Origin: Lentisphaeria bacterium
GTDB taxonomy: Bacteria; Verrucomicrobiota; Lentisphaeria; Oligosphaerales; MVZH01
DNA length: 64,000 bases
Assembly (NCBI GenBank): GCA_032251435.1
Contig: JAVVEH010000016.1
Location: forward strand, 14,035 to 78,034
Direction of reading: 5' to 3'
Shown: positions 9,238-18,999 of the stretch, in pieces
How the letters are laid out: each line of letters starts with the position of its first letter
How positions within the stretch are numbered: position 1 is the stretch's first letter
Position numbers and translations under genes: made by a program
The notes under the pieces: model-generated
What the model was told of the DNA's origin: nothing
Databases searched by the model: none
The model's input: the letters and a program-made list of their open reading frames with translations, nothing else

Positions 9238-10817
9238 GCCGCTTCCGCAAAAATCGTCGGTTCGCCACCGCCCATAAGGTTGGCCAATTTGCGGGCCATG
9301 GCATCGCCGGTGAGGTACATGAACTTGGCGCTGCCGTAGTAATGCGTGCCGTCTTTGCTGGTTGCCCGGCTGATGATTCTTTCAGCCTCCTTGTATTCCT
9401 CACTGTCCTCGCCGCAGGCGGCCTTTATCGATTTCATGAGTCCGAGTTCGATGGGCATGTACTTTACGGTGTTGACGACATCTACCGTACCCTTGAGGTC
9501 CGGGTGCTTGGAGGCATAGAGCATGCCGCTGTTGACGGGGCCGTCAAAGGTGTTCAGCTTCCAGCCGACATGGCCGAGCAGACCGCAGATTACGGGCAGT
9601 TCCGGTGCCTTAACTGTTTTGCGGAAGTCCTTGATGAAGTGGACCAGTTGGTCGCCGTATTCTGTATTGCCCGCATCGTTCCAGCCCTGGAACCAGACCA
9701 GGCCCGCCATCTCATACCCCGCCTCCGGGTCGTAATCGGGATGGTATTTGCCCGGATCGGCCAGCACCTCCTGGATGTGGTCCAGGGACCACTTCAAGCG
9801 TTCACCCATCGGCTTTTCCTCAGTCGCCAGTGACGGGGGACGCCAATCGGTGTGCAAACTGGTGCCGCCCCAGGAGCATTTGATCAGCAGTACCGGCCCG
9901 TCCACCATGCGCTCGAAACTGATTCCGAAGGGGTATTCGGGGCCGGAACTTGTCGGCCACAACGCATAGCCAACAGTCAGCGGCCCCCGCGCGGTCTTTG
10001 TATATTCCGCATATTCCGTGTCTTCGCCCGCGACCGCGCCGAAAGCGGAGATGTAGGTGCGCTTGGCGATGGGCAGGTTGATGGTTTCTTTTAGCAGCCT
10101 GGCATAGGCAGCCCGATTCTCAGCAGTGATCTTTCCCAAGGGCTCGAGGGCATTGTCAAGTTTGTCGAAGTCTGTAGCCTTCACGCCCTTTAGGAAGATT
10201 TCCCGGACGCGTTTGATGTCGTCCGCGATGGGTTTGTCCCGCCTGGCCATCAGCTCAATGGCCACTTTTGGGTGCAGTTTGTTTTCCGGCGACTCAATGT
10301 GCTCGACCATACGCTTATAGAGCCCTTCCTCTTCCGCCTTTTTGTGGAGGAAATTTTGCATATCCCCGCGCCAACCTTCGCCATTATCGCCAGGACGAGG
10401 CCCCCATTCTTTTTTCCACCCTTTCCAGTCGTTGTTATAACCAGTGTCGCCATAGACCCGGTCGCGCCAGAGTTTGCGTGAGGCGCCGCGCTCGTCGAGC
10501 AACGCTTTCCCCTTGGCGACAAATTCCTTGGAGCCGGTGGCGAAGCGCACCCCCGACCAGTAGAATTCGTCCCAGTTGAAATAGCGGCCATGAACGGTCG
10601 CCGTCTTGGCCGGGGGTACGTACATGGGCTGGGTCAAGTACCACGCCGTACTTGGATGGGCGTACCCCACCATGTTCGACTGCCCCATGAGTAAGACGAT
10701 TTTGAGTTTTTGCTTCCCTTCGGTCTTGTCATCCGCCATAAGGGACGTGCTCGCCATCAGCAGGGCCAGGCAGGGGAGCAGAAGCGATTGTCGCAGACAC
10801 ATTTTCTTCGTCATCAT
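9216..10817 (-). CDS. Secreted SGNH hydrolase, sialate O-acetylesterase (SASA/CE6-like)
   Basis: Signal peptide; GQSNM, GPE, IKCSWGGTSL, WFQGWND and THY motifs; large helical insertion. Confidence 0.85.
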   Translation of the reverse strand: MMTKKMCLRQSLLLPCLALLMASTSLMADDKTEGKQKLKIVLLMGQSNMVGYAHPSTAWYLTQPMYVPPAKTATVHGRYFNWDEFYWSGVRFATGSKEFVAKGKALLDERGASRKLWRDRVYGDTGYNNDWKGWKKEWGPRPGDNGEGWRGDMQNFLHKKAEEEGLYKRMVEHIESPENKLHPKVAIELMARRDKPIADDIKRVREIFLKGVKATDFDKLDNALEPLGKITAENRAAYARLLKETINLPIAKRTYISAFGAVAGEDTEYAEYTKTARGPLTVGYALWPTSSGPEYPFGISFERMVDGPVLLIKCSWGGTSLHTDWRPPSLATEEKPMGERLKWSLDHIQEVLADPGKYHPDYDPEAGYEMAGLVWFQGWNDAGNTEYGDQLVHFIKDFRKTVKAPELPVICGLLGHVGWKLNTFDGPVNSGMLYASKHPDLKGTVDVVNTVKYMPIELGLMKSIKAACGEDSEEYKEAERIISRATSKDGTHYYGSAKFMYLTGDAMARKLANLMGGGEPTIFAEAAELGVRD

Positions 10818-10966
10818 TGATTCTCTTTCTTTCTTGTGTTTGTGGTTAATGCCAAATAGAATGACTACTTGAAGGTTTCCAAATTCTTGTTTTCATTTGA
10901 TTGTGTCCCACTGTCAGTTTGCCGGCTTTAGGGGCTGTCGATGCAATTGGAACAATCGATTTTTAT

Positions 10967-11156
10967 GTCCCAAAGGGACGTTACAAATATAGCCTGGGGC
11001 AACGCCCCAGGATAAAGAATAATATGTATTTTGTCCTGTAGGGACAACGCAATCTGTTACAGGTGAATCCTTTGTGTTGCCCCTACAGGGCAAGTTTTAT
11101 TTTTGAAACTAACCTTGGGCGGTGCCCCAGGCTATACCTGTGTTACCCCGTTGGGG
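10967..11156. repeat. Composite inverted REP-like element (family B: agcctggggcaacgccccagg with short GC hairpins)
   Basis: gtcccaaagggac / agcctggggcaacgccccagg / gtcctgtagggac is mirrored by gcccctacagggc / ccttgggcggtgccccaggct / ccccgttgggg. A related half copy lies at about 27765-27845. Confidence 0.7.
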
Positions 11157-11266
11157 CATGTTTTTCTGCGAAAGCAGAATGGATTGTGGGCAAACATCCA
11201 TTTGTCCAGGTCCATGCAGTTGTATGTCTTGCGGCAACCGCACCGCATCCAAGCTTCGCATCCCAA

Positions 11267-11397
11267 GTTGGTGTACCGACTTTCCGCCTGAGGCGGATCC
11301 GCCTCTGGAGGATAGTCGGAATCCTCACCCGTTGGTGCTTTAGCCGGCGACGGGGAGGTCCGTCACGGGAAGAGCCGGCAAAAGCCGGTACACCAAC
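11267..11397. repeat. Family-A REP cluster with nested ccgcctgaggcgg insertion
   Basis: gttggtgtaccgactt[tccgcctgaggcggatccgcctctggagga]tagtcgg ... gagccggcaaaagccggtacaccaac. Confidence 0.85.
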
Positions 11398-11440
11398 GGG
11401 GGAAATCCCGATCGTCCTACGCTAACAATATCAGTGCGCG

Positions 11441-12499
11441 TCATTTGTAAAGCGGATTCGGGAGGATCCAGGAATAGATCCAACTGCCGCCATTCCTCAT
11501 TACCGTAATGCGCTCGTCCTTGGCGGTCACATCGCGCAACATACGCACAGATCCATCGTCCAGGGCATAGTTGTAATCCGTCACCATGACACCAGATGTC
11601 TCGCCTTCTTCGACATAGGACATGTTGCAATAATCCCGAAACATGACGGCCTCTTTCCGTAAGCTGAATGGATTGTGGGCAAACATCCAGCTGCTTGCGT
11701 CCATGCACGCCACATCGGATGCCAGCACCCGATATGCCTGATCCTGACCCGTACGCCATTCCGGAGCGACAAAGGGCTGGCCGGCCTTTAACATCGGTTT
11801 TGTGGGCTTGAAAGCGTAATATCCGCCCATGGGTTTGTAGGGGTCGCCTCCCGGATCTCCCTTGGCGACACCGAAGTAAAAGGCGTAACTGATACCCGTG
11901 CCTGCTGTAATACTCAAATCGTCAAGGTCTACGGTCGTACCATTGGCTCTGCGCACCCCCCCGGATTTCTGAAAACCGCCTGTGCCATGCCAATCCTTCG
12001 TGGCCAAGGGGCAGGTCCACGTCTTCCTGACGCTCCCGTTAAAGTATTCAATCAAATCAGCCCGGTAATCTTTTTGGCGATAGCCATATTCGTACCGTAT
12101 AACCGTGACCGGGTTGTCGTCATATGTCCGATCTTTGGCGGTTGGGTAAGCCTCGTCATTGTCAGTCGTGTAGGTGACCACACCGATGGCGATCTGTCTC
12201 AGGTTGCTTACGCAAGTCATGTTTCTCGCATCGTATCTGGCACGGGACAGCGCCGGCAACAGCAACGACGCCAGTATTCCGATGATGGCGATCACGACAA
12301 GCAACTCGATTAGTGTGAACGTCTTGAATCGCTCTCGCCGTCGCCCTCGTTCCGCGGAAGCAGAACTCTTGGCTATGGCGGGTTTCTCCACCAGAAGCTC
12401 GATCGGCGTAAAGGCGGATCGTTTCCTACTTTTCACTTGTCTTTTCGCACGGAAAATCTGCGTCATAAACATCGTACTAACTCCTACTCGAAGTTTCAA
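11441..12499 (-). CDS. Prepilin-type N-terminal cleavage/methylation domain protein (PVC DUF1559-like)
   Basis: [30 protein letters not shown]...CVSNLRQI; C-terminal NYALDDGSV. The start is uncertain. Confidence 0.9.
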   Translation of the reverse strand: MKLRVGVSTMFMTQIFRAKRQVKSRKRSAFTPIELLVEKPAIAKSSASAERGRRRERFKTFTLIELLVVIAIIGILASLLLPALSRARYDARNMTCVSNLRQIAIGVVTYTTDNDEAYPTAKDRTYDDNPVTVIRYEYGYRQKDYRADLIEYFNGSVRKTWTCPLATKDWHGTGGFQKSGGVRRANGTTVDLDDLSITAGTGISYAFYFGVAKGDPGGDPYKPMGGYYAFKPTKPMLKAGQPFVAPEWRTGQDQAYRVLASDVACMDASSWMFAHNPFSLRKEAVMFRDYCNMSYVEEGETSGVMVTDYNYALDDGSVRMLRDVTAKDERITVMRNGGSWIYSWILPNPLYK

Positions 12500-12535
12500 G
12501 AGAGAAAGCGCTCATTATTGAAAGCCCAGTGCCTG

Positions 12536-14740
12536 TCACTTTGCGCCGCCTCCGGCATGGCCACCGACGACGGATTCGTAGGTCGGGCCGACTCGGATTT
12601 CGTCAAACTGTCCTTCCCCGCTCAACACCAGCCGGCTGATTTTGCTCTGATCGATGTTGAAGGGAGCGGCTGGCCGGCCGTGCTTTTCGGGCAACTCGAG
12701 GTCGGGGCCGACCAGGTAGGGCACAAAGCTGTCATTTTCACCATTCCTGCCCCAGGTGAGCCTGCCGACCACCAGGATGGGCGTGTTCGGCCGGGTTCCG
12801 GCAATCCGAACCGCCCGCGACTTGCCATCCAGCACCACCGCAGTCTCATACTGACGGCCGCTTGCCGTGAACCCAACCCCCTCCCGCATGTCCTCGCTGC
12901 GCAGCGTGACCATCCCGCCGCCGTTGCGGTTGGTGTATTCCTGGCCGGGGAAAATCGCCTGGCCGGCGGCAAAGACATAGCTCATCCAGAGGGTGGCGCC
13001 ATCCGCCAAAAGACCGGCCTTGCGCAGGCTGTCGTCGAGCTCGATGAAACCATCGGCGCTCCAGCGATGGGTGCTGCCACGGTTGCCGGTGACAGGCAAC
13101 GCTCCAAAGCCGAGCCCTCCCGCAAGGGTCGCTGGCACCCTCTCGAGAGCCTTGTCACTCGGGTAGATGTAGACACCCTTGGTGCCCAGCGCGCCTCCCT
13201 GGCCGACCAGGCTTTGGGGCTCTTCGGCACTCGCAGGGTAGTCGAAGGGCTCATAAACCAGCGCGCCCCCGGAATCGGCCAGGCCGAGGTTCACGACCAG
13301 CGTCGCCGGCGTCGCGCTGCCGGAACTCGGCAGGACGGCATAGGTGACCTTTCCCGTTTTCGGTGCCTGCATGTCCTCGAAACTTCGGGCGTCGCCCGCG
13401 ATGTCGTCTGCAAGCACCTTGCCGTCACGCATGACCTGAAACGCATCGTACTTACCCCTGGCTTTCCAGCTGAGCATCACTCCCTGAAGGCTGCGGTATG
13501 CCGAGAGTGCGGTGGCCGATGTGTCGCTTTCGGCACTCAACTTCTGCTTCCCCGAAGCGGGCAGATTGAGCACCAGCTCGTAGCGGTTGGCACCGGGAAG
13601 CGCGGCGGTGTCGGCGTAGGCCGTCTGCGTGGGATCAAGCGTGACGCCCAGGCTTTTGCCGTTGCGCAGGATCTCAATGCTCCCGGGCGTCTCCGAGCCA
13701 AGCTGCCAGTTGAGCTGGACACCTTCCCGTGTGCCAAAGGCTCTCAGTCGCGATGGCGACTTCGGCTTGTCGAGTTTCCGCATCTCCGCCGCCATGGCCC
13801 GCCCGATGTTCACATAGCTCCGCGCATGTCCGTTCCAGTGGTAGCCCACGCCGTCGGGCGATTTCTCAGTATAGAACTTGAACGCCATCTTCTTCGGGCC
13901 GTAGGGCTTTTCGGTGTCGACGACACCCACGTTGCCGGCAAACTGAGGATATTTCCCGGGGTCGCCCATGGCGAGCTGCCCCTGCTTGACCAGGCTTTCG
14001 GTTTCAATCATGCCGCTGGTGGCGATCACGACCGGAAGGTTCGGCACACCGAGGCCGTGTTCGGGGCTGCGGATATCCTTGATGAACGCCGCCAGGTTCT
14101 CTTCATATTTCGCATCCAGTCCGCCATACTGGTCGTTCCAGCCCTGGTGAAAGCAGAGACCGGCGATCTCGAAGCCCTGCCCCTTGTAATCGGGAAAGTA
14201 TTTCCCGGTATTCTCAGTCACCTCCCTGACAAGCTGAGAAATCCTGTTATAAAAGTAGCCGGGATCGTCGGGTTCGACAGGTGGAGGATACTTGCCAACG
14301 CTGGGAGGTAGAAAGTTATGCCCCAGACTCTTGCCACCCCAGGCGGCCTTGATGAGGAGGACCTGCCCCTCGCTGACGTCTCCCATCACATGGCCAAAAC
14401 CAAGTTCCGGACCGATCTGACCGGAAGAAGAGCCGTAGCCGGGCTTCAATGGGCCATGTCTGATCCCTTGAAAGGGGTGCAAATCGTAGTGGATCCAGAC
14501 ATCCTCGCGTTCCCGCCATGTTCCGTCCGCCGCGACGAGAAACTGGTATTCCTTGTTCGGATCGTTATTGACCAAATACCGCAGGGAAGTGGAGCCATCT
14601 CCTTCAATCCCCGCTTTGCCCTGCATGTTGGACTGGCCGACCAGTACGTATATCTTGACGGGCGGATCCTTCTTCGTCTCCTCGGCAAAGACCATGGCGG
14701 TCATCGCAGTTGCCATCAGTAGTAGAATTGCTTGTTTCAT
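12536..14740 (-). CDS. Secreted SASA/SGNH esterase with two Fn3-like domains and a C-terminal YEPFDY...DEIRVG domain
   Basis: Signal peptide; GQSNM, IGPELGFG, IKAAWGGKSL, HQGWND and YHW motifs. Confidence 0.85.
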   Translation of the reverse strand: MKQAILLLMATAMTAMVFAEETKKDPPVKIYVLVGQSNMQGKAGIEGDGSTSLRYLVNNDPNKEYQFLVAADGTWREREDVWIHYDLHPFQGIRHGPLKPGYGSSSGQIGPELGFGHVMGDVSEGQVLLIKAAWGGKSLGHNFLPPSVGKYPPPVEPDDPGYFYNRISQLVREVTENTGKYFPDYKGQGFEIAGLCFHQGWNDQYGGLDAKYEENLAAFIKDIRSPEHGLGVPNLPVVIATSGMIETESLVKQGQLAMGDPGKYPQFAGNVGVVDTEKPYGPKKMAFKFYTEKSPDGVGYHWNGHARSYVNIGRAMAAEMRKLDKPKSPSRLRAFGTREGVQLNWQLGSETPGSIEILRNGKSLGVTLDPTQTAYADTAALPGANRYELVLNLPASGKQKLSAESDTSATALSAYRSLQGVMLSWKARGKYDAFQVMRDGKVLADDIAGDARSFEDMQAPKTGKVTYAVLPSSGSATPATLVVNLGLADSGGALVYEPFDYPASAEEPQSLVGQGGALGTKGVYIYPSDKALERVPATLAGGLGFGALPVTGNRGSTHRWSADGFIELDDSLRKAGLLADGATLWMSYVFAAGQAIFPGQEYTNRNGGGMVTLRSEDMREGVGFTASGRQYETAVVLDGKSRAVRIAGTRPNTPILVVGRLTWGRNGENDSFVPYLVGPDLELPEKHGRPAAPFNIDQSKISRLVLSGEGQFDEIRVGPTYESVVGGHAGGGAK

Positions 14741-14754
14741 TTGGCTTTACTCAT

Positions 14755-17700
14755 TTACTTATTCTCCCGCATCTCCAACGTCAGGTTGACGCCGCCATTG
14801 TAGACACTGGCTCCGCCCTTGAAATAGCGTCCCCAGCGCCAGTTGTGCTTGTAGGTCGCGGCAAGTGTGTTCGTTCCTTTCCTGAGCAGTTTGACGGCGT
14901 GATCGTTCAGCGGAACCGTGATCCGGCTCCCACCGCCCGACTCCGTGATCCTGGCCACCGGGCTGCCGTTGATGAAGACCTGGATCGCATCCTGACGATA
15001 GGCATACTGAGCCAGGCGCAAGGCTCCTACGGCATTCGGGTCGGCGATGTCGAACCGCGCGCGCAACACCGCCGTGTGGTTGTCGCGCCAGGAGATGGGC
15101 AAGGTCGTTTCTGTCCATGTGCTGTCGTCGAAGCCGGGCTGGTTCCAACCCTCGGGGGCAAGCGACAGTGCCTCCAGGGTCTTTATTCGCCACAGGGCTG
15201 GATCGCCCCCTTCGCCACCTTCCGCGCGCACCAGAGTTTTCCATCCCGTGCCTTCCTCCTCGGCGTCCATCTTCGGTTCAGGAAGCTGCAGCGGGAGGGT
15301 TTTGAGGTAGGCATCGTAGCGTTTCTTGTCGGCCTGCAGTGCCTGCTTCAAGGCCGGATCACTTAGTTGCTGGCCGATGGCGGCCAACTCGGCATCGCTT
15401 TCCGGCATGACGGCTTTGAGCTGGTCCAGATCCAGACTGGCTTCATAGGGCTTGTTTTCGGCAATCAGACCTTTGACTTTGGCCAGATCCAGGGCAATGC
15501 TTCTCTGGATCAGCGCCGCCGCGTCCCGCAACTGCCGGGCTTTTTTCAGATCCAGTCCGTAGAGTTCGCCCTTGTCAAGAATGGCTCGCACGGCTTTCTC
15601 GCTGGCGGCATAATCGCATTTGAAATAGGCATCGAGGGCGGGGGCCAACGCAGCCGGGGGATTGGGCGCGAAGACCGACTCGTGGGCTCCCAGTATACGC
15701 AAGCGCTCCCGTGGCGCCACATAGGCCAGATACTGACCGGCACCAAAGACGCGGTCCTGCTGGCGACTGTGGTCGTGCATGCGGTGGAGTTCCTGGTAGC
15801 CCCGATTCCCCTTCATGAAGAACTCGAATTGCTTCCTCCCCGCGACTTTCGCGCCAAGCGGGGTATAAAGATTGAGCCAGAAATGGCCGCCATGGGCATA
15901 CCATGTATTGTTGTAGGTGTGGGTGGCCACCAGAGAGCAGGTGCGGGCCACGGGGCCGTCGCCGCGAAGGTCAAACAGAATGGCGGCGCCGCCCACGCCG
16001 CCGTTGCCTGCGCCAAGGTTGCCTTCGCGGAGTCTTTCCGGATCGGGATTGTTGCCCGTTGTCACGGGGGTGGCATGGTAGCCGTATCCGATGCTCCCGA
16101 CCTTCGCGCCATTGTGAAGAAACCACTGGGCGGCCCTTTCATAGCCCACAAAATCGTATTGGACACCGGCCTCCCTGGCGAGGTGATACCCGATCGCCGC
16201 GGGGACACCGATGGCCGGCATCGTGCCGTATTTCGCCCCTCCATAGAAATTATGACGCCAGCCGCCGGTCTGTCCGGGCTGCACCTCGGGCCAGGGCCCT
16301 TCTTCGTCCAGGGGCCTGATCTGGATGGATGTCAGGCCATCACACTTGTGTCTTAGGTAGGGGAGCACCGCTTTGTCACCCGTTGCCAGGTAGTACTCTG
16401 ATATCAGAAGAATATCCGCGGAAAGGTCCCACGGGCCGCCTTGGGATGCCCTGCCGTCGGGGTCAATGGGGGTGTTGAGATCTGTCTTTGCGATCCTGTT
16501 GTAGACGTGGCGACGCACGAGCCCCTGGTATTCGGGCGACCCCGCCGCCAGCAGAAACATCGCGTCCGCATCCGCGAACGCGGGATGTCCGGGAACCACC
16601 CCGCCGTATCTGGCCAGGTAGGCCTCGGCGTTGGCCACGATGCGGTCGGTTTTGGGGCAGTTGTACGGCGCCGTGACGCTGTAGGTGCCGAGGACCTCGA
16701 GCTGCAGCTCGACAGTCATCTTCTTGTCTTTCCGCAGCAGATCGAAGCTGATAAGGCCGTTCGCTTCCTCTGTAACGGCGTTACTTTTCAGGGGAGATCC
16801 GTTCCGCCCGGTCGAATCGGAAAGGCCTGTAGTTGCGTCCTGGTGGGATCGGGGATCCGCGCCCCCGAAGGGTCGCTTTCCTTTTTCCGCCTCGGTGATG
16901 GCATCGGCGATCTGCAGGTAGATGTCTTTGTCGCCGCTCTTGACAAAGGGCTTGCCATTGACGGCGTAGAGGTAGTCGCCGTGGAGAATCCTGCCGTCGG
17001 CCGGGGACCCGGCATAGGCATTGTTGACAAAGAGGTTGGGACCGAAGGGGGTGACCCGTAGTCCGGTTGGGCCGAGATACTGCCCTCCCGTGCTCCCGGA
17101 ATCCAGTTTGCCATTGTAGATCACGGGGCCATCGGTCTTCCACTCGGAGATCGGGATGGAGAATTCCGGCGGCAGGGGTTCGGCGGGATGGCGTATTTTA
17201 TCGTCAAACGGCTGGTCATCCGTCTTGAAAGGCACGGCTGGCAGGCCCGCGCCATTGGTCAGGCCCTGGTCGGGCTTTTCGGTCCAATTGTAACGGACAT
17301 GCGCGATCGTTTCGACGGTGTCGGAGGCAAGACGGATGGTGTCCCCGTCGAGGGTCGCCTCCGCCGGAGAATAGTCCAGATCGAAGCCGGCGATCTCGAA
17401 ATGATCCAGTGCGCCCGGCGTGGCCGTGAGGCCATTGGCCGTGCCCGGCTTGAAAAGAACCCGTGCCTCCGATCCATTTGTCTCGACGCGTTCAAATACA
17501 GGGCCCGTGGGTACAGCGCCTTCTTTTTTGTACACCGCCCCCGTGAGCCAGGTCAGGCAACGCTCGCCAAGCAGCGCCTCATCGGTGGGCTGTGCGCTGA
17601 AGGGGACGTGTTCGGTGCCCGGGGGAATCAGGTCCACCCTTGTCTCCTTTTCAGCCGTTTGCCGCTGCAGCTCGCGGACTTCGCAGTGGTGGATGCCCAT

Positions 17701-18999
17701 GGTGACCAGATCCGAGCCCGGCGGGGTGATCAGGCCGACAGGCAGCGATTCGTCGCCAAAGGTTTTTCGCCACTCCCGCGGCAGACGGGGAATCGTCAGG
17801 GGTTCCAGATAGAGGCACCATTTGCGGATATCGTAGCTGTCTTCATAGGCCTGCCCCAGATGGGGGCGACTGGTGATCTTGCCTTCCCGTTGCAACTTCG
17901 CGTAAAGATAATAGGGGTAGTCGTTGCCAAGCTGTAGCAGCAGCCCCTTCAGTGCCAACCCCCGCATGGGGTGCAGGACGGCATTGTGGCCCGCTGCGGG
18001 GTGCCTTGCGTCTTCCAGGGCCGGGCTCCGGGGATACCCCCGTCTGGCATCCTTCTTTTTTTGGTCCTCGGAAGGATTCTCATAGGCGGTCCTGGCAGCC
18101 GCCATCATCTCGATCATCGTGTCGACCTGCCCCGCCTTTTCCCCGAATATCTCTTTGGTCTCCAGCAAAGCGTCTTTGCTCAGCCAGGCAATGGGAAAGT
18201 GATAGCCCAGGTTCAGATCGATAATGCCGACAGGCACATCAGTTGTCTTGACGAGATCTTTGGCCGCGTAGAATGCGGCGGCACTCATTTTCAGGGCGAT
18301 AGTCTTGTCGATCGCCGTCCAGCCACGGGTCGCGTCCGGCGCCAGATCCGGTTGCGGTTCGTAGGCAGGGAGTGCCCTGATCATCATCACCCGCGCCGAT
18401 GGGACATCAGCCGCAGCCTTCCTGCCGACCTCGTCCCGCCCCAGGCTGACATCGATGCTCGTCTGCCGCGCAAACAGGAATACGTCGCCGACGACGACGT
18501 CTTTCAACACCACCGGATTCCTGACACCTGACACCTGACACCTGAGTTCAGCTCCTGCTGAGCTGGCCGGCATGGGATCCAGCGTGACCGACCACTCACC
18601 ATTCTCGTCAGCCTTTGTCTTTTTCGTCTGCGCGGCCTGCCCCGAGCCCTGTCGAGGGGCCTGCCCCGAGCCCTGTCGAGGGGCCTGCCCCGAGCCCTGT
18701 CGAGGGGCAAACGTGATCGTTACATCCGTCCCCTCGTCGGCGAACCCGCGAATCACCACCGGCTTCCCGCGCTGCAGGACCATGTTGTCGCTGTAGTGGC
18801 GCGAGAATCTGACCCCACCCCCCCGAGCGGGCAACCCCATGACAATGAATACGAATAGTAGCAGGGCATAGTGAAATCGGTGAATCACGAGCGGCGGTTC
18901 CTCTGTTTTGGTTTGACACAAACGCAATACACTTACTATGGCGCGCCTTTCATAAAAAGATGGTGGGCTCTGTGTCAAATATGCATATTTTTGGTTCAA
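14755..18999 (-). CDS. Fusion of a degenerate sialate O-acetylesterase-like domain with a DUF6288-like module and a C-terminal beta-sandwich
   Basis: SDNMVLQRGKP...WSVTLDPM...VVVGDVFL, SAAAFY and VRYNW...GLPAVPF (SASA-type N-terminal region). GPTGLR...GSPADG, LGTYSVTAPYNCPKT and EYYLATGD (DUF6288-like). The true start is probably downstream of 18999. Confidence 0.75.
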   Translation of the reverse strand: MNQKYAYLTQSPPSFYERRAIVSVLRLCQTKTEEPPLVIHRFHYALLLFVFIVMGLPARGGGVRFSRHYSDNMVLQRGKPVVIRGFADEGTDVTITFAPRQGSGQAPRQGSGQAPRQGSGQAAQTKKTKADENGEWSVTLDPMPASSAGAELRCQVSGVRNPVVLKDVVVGDVFLFARQTSIDVSLGRDEVGRKAAADVPSARVMMIRALPAYEPQPDLAPDATRGWTAIDKTIALKMSAAAFYAAKDLVKTTDVPVGIIDLNLGYHFPIAWLSKDALLETKEIFGEKAGQVDTMIEMMAAARTAYENPSEDQKKKDARRGYPRSPALEDARHPAAGHNAVLHPMRGLALKGLLLQLGNDYPYYLYAKLQREGKITSRPHLGQAYEDSYDIRKWCLYLEPLTIPRLPREWRKTFGDESLPVGLITPPGSDLVTMGIHHCEVRELQRQTAEKETRVDLIPPGTEHVPFSAQPTDEALLGERCLTWLTGAVYKKEGAVPTGPVFERVETNGSEARVLFKPGTANGLTATPGALDHFEIAGFDLDYSPAEATLDGDTIRLASDTVETIAHVRYNWTEKPDQGLTNGAGLPAVPFKTDDQPFDDKIRHPAEPLPPEFSIPISEWKTDGPVIYNGKLDSGSTGGQYLGPTGLRVTPFGPNLFVNNAYAGSPADGRILHGDYLYAVNGKPFVKSGDKDIYLQIADAITEAEKGKRPFGGADPRSHQDATTGLSDSTGRNGSPLKSNAVTEEANGLISFDLLRKDKKMTVELQLEVLGTYSVTAPYNCPKTDRIVANAEAYLARYGGVVPGHPAFADADAMFLLAAGSPEYQGLVRRHVYNRIAKTDLNTPIDPDGRASQGGPWDLSADILLISEYYLATGDKAVLPYLRHKCDGLTSIQIRPLDEEGPWPEVQPGQTGGWRHNFYGGAKYGTMPAIGVPAAIGYHLAREAGVQYDFVGYERAAQWFLHNGAKVGSIGYGYHATPVTTGNNPDPERLREGNLGAGNGGVGGAAILFDLRGDGPVARTCSLVATHTYNNTWYAHGGHFWLNLYTPLGAKVAGRKQFEFFMKGNRGYQELHRMHDHSRQQDRVFGAGQYLAYVAPRERLRILGAHESVFAPNPPAALAPALDAYFKCDYAASEKAVRAILDKGELYGLDLKKARQLRDAAALIQRSIALDLAKVKGLIAENKPYEASLDLDQLKAVMPESDAELAAIGQQLSDPALKQALQADKKRYDAYLKTLPLQLPEPKMDAEEEGTGWKTLVRAEGGEGGDPALWRIKTLEALSLAPEGWNQPGFDDSTWTETTLPISWRDNHTAVLRARFDIADPNAVGALRLAQYAYRQDAIQVFINGSPVARITESGGGSRITVPLNDHAVKLLRKGTNTLAATYKHNWRWGRYFKGGASVYNGGVNLTLEMRENK
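18635..18706. repeat. 3 x 24-bp tandem palindromic repeat, in frame within the CDS (APRQGSGQ x3)
   Basis: gcctgccccgagccctgtcgaggg in three exact copies. Confidence 0.95.

Noticed and set aside
11160-11720. DGR template/variable repeat pair
   Set aside because: The mismatches are not adenine-specific (e.g. ctg vs gca), the match is short, and no reverse transcriptase is present.
12437-14311. 624-aa plus-strand ORF
   Set aside because: It is the antisense shadow of the esterase gene in GC-rich DNA and has no recognisable motifs.
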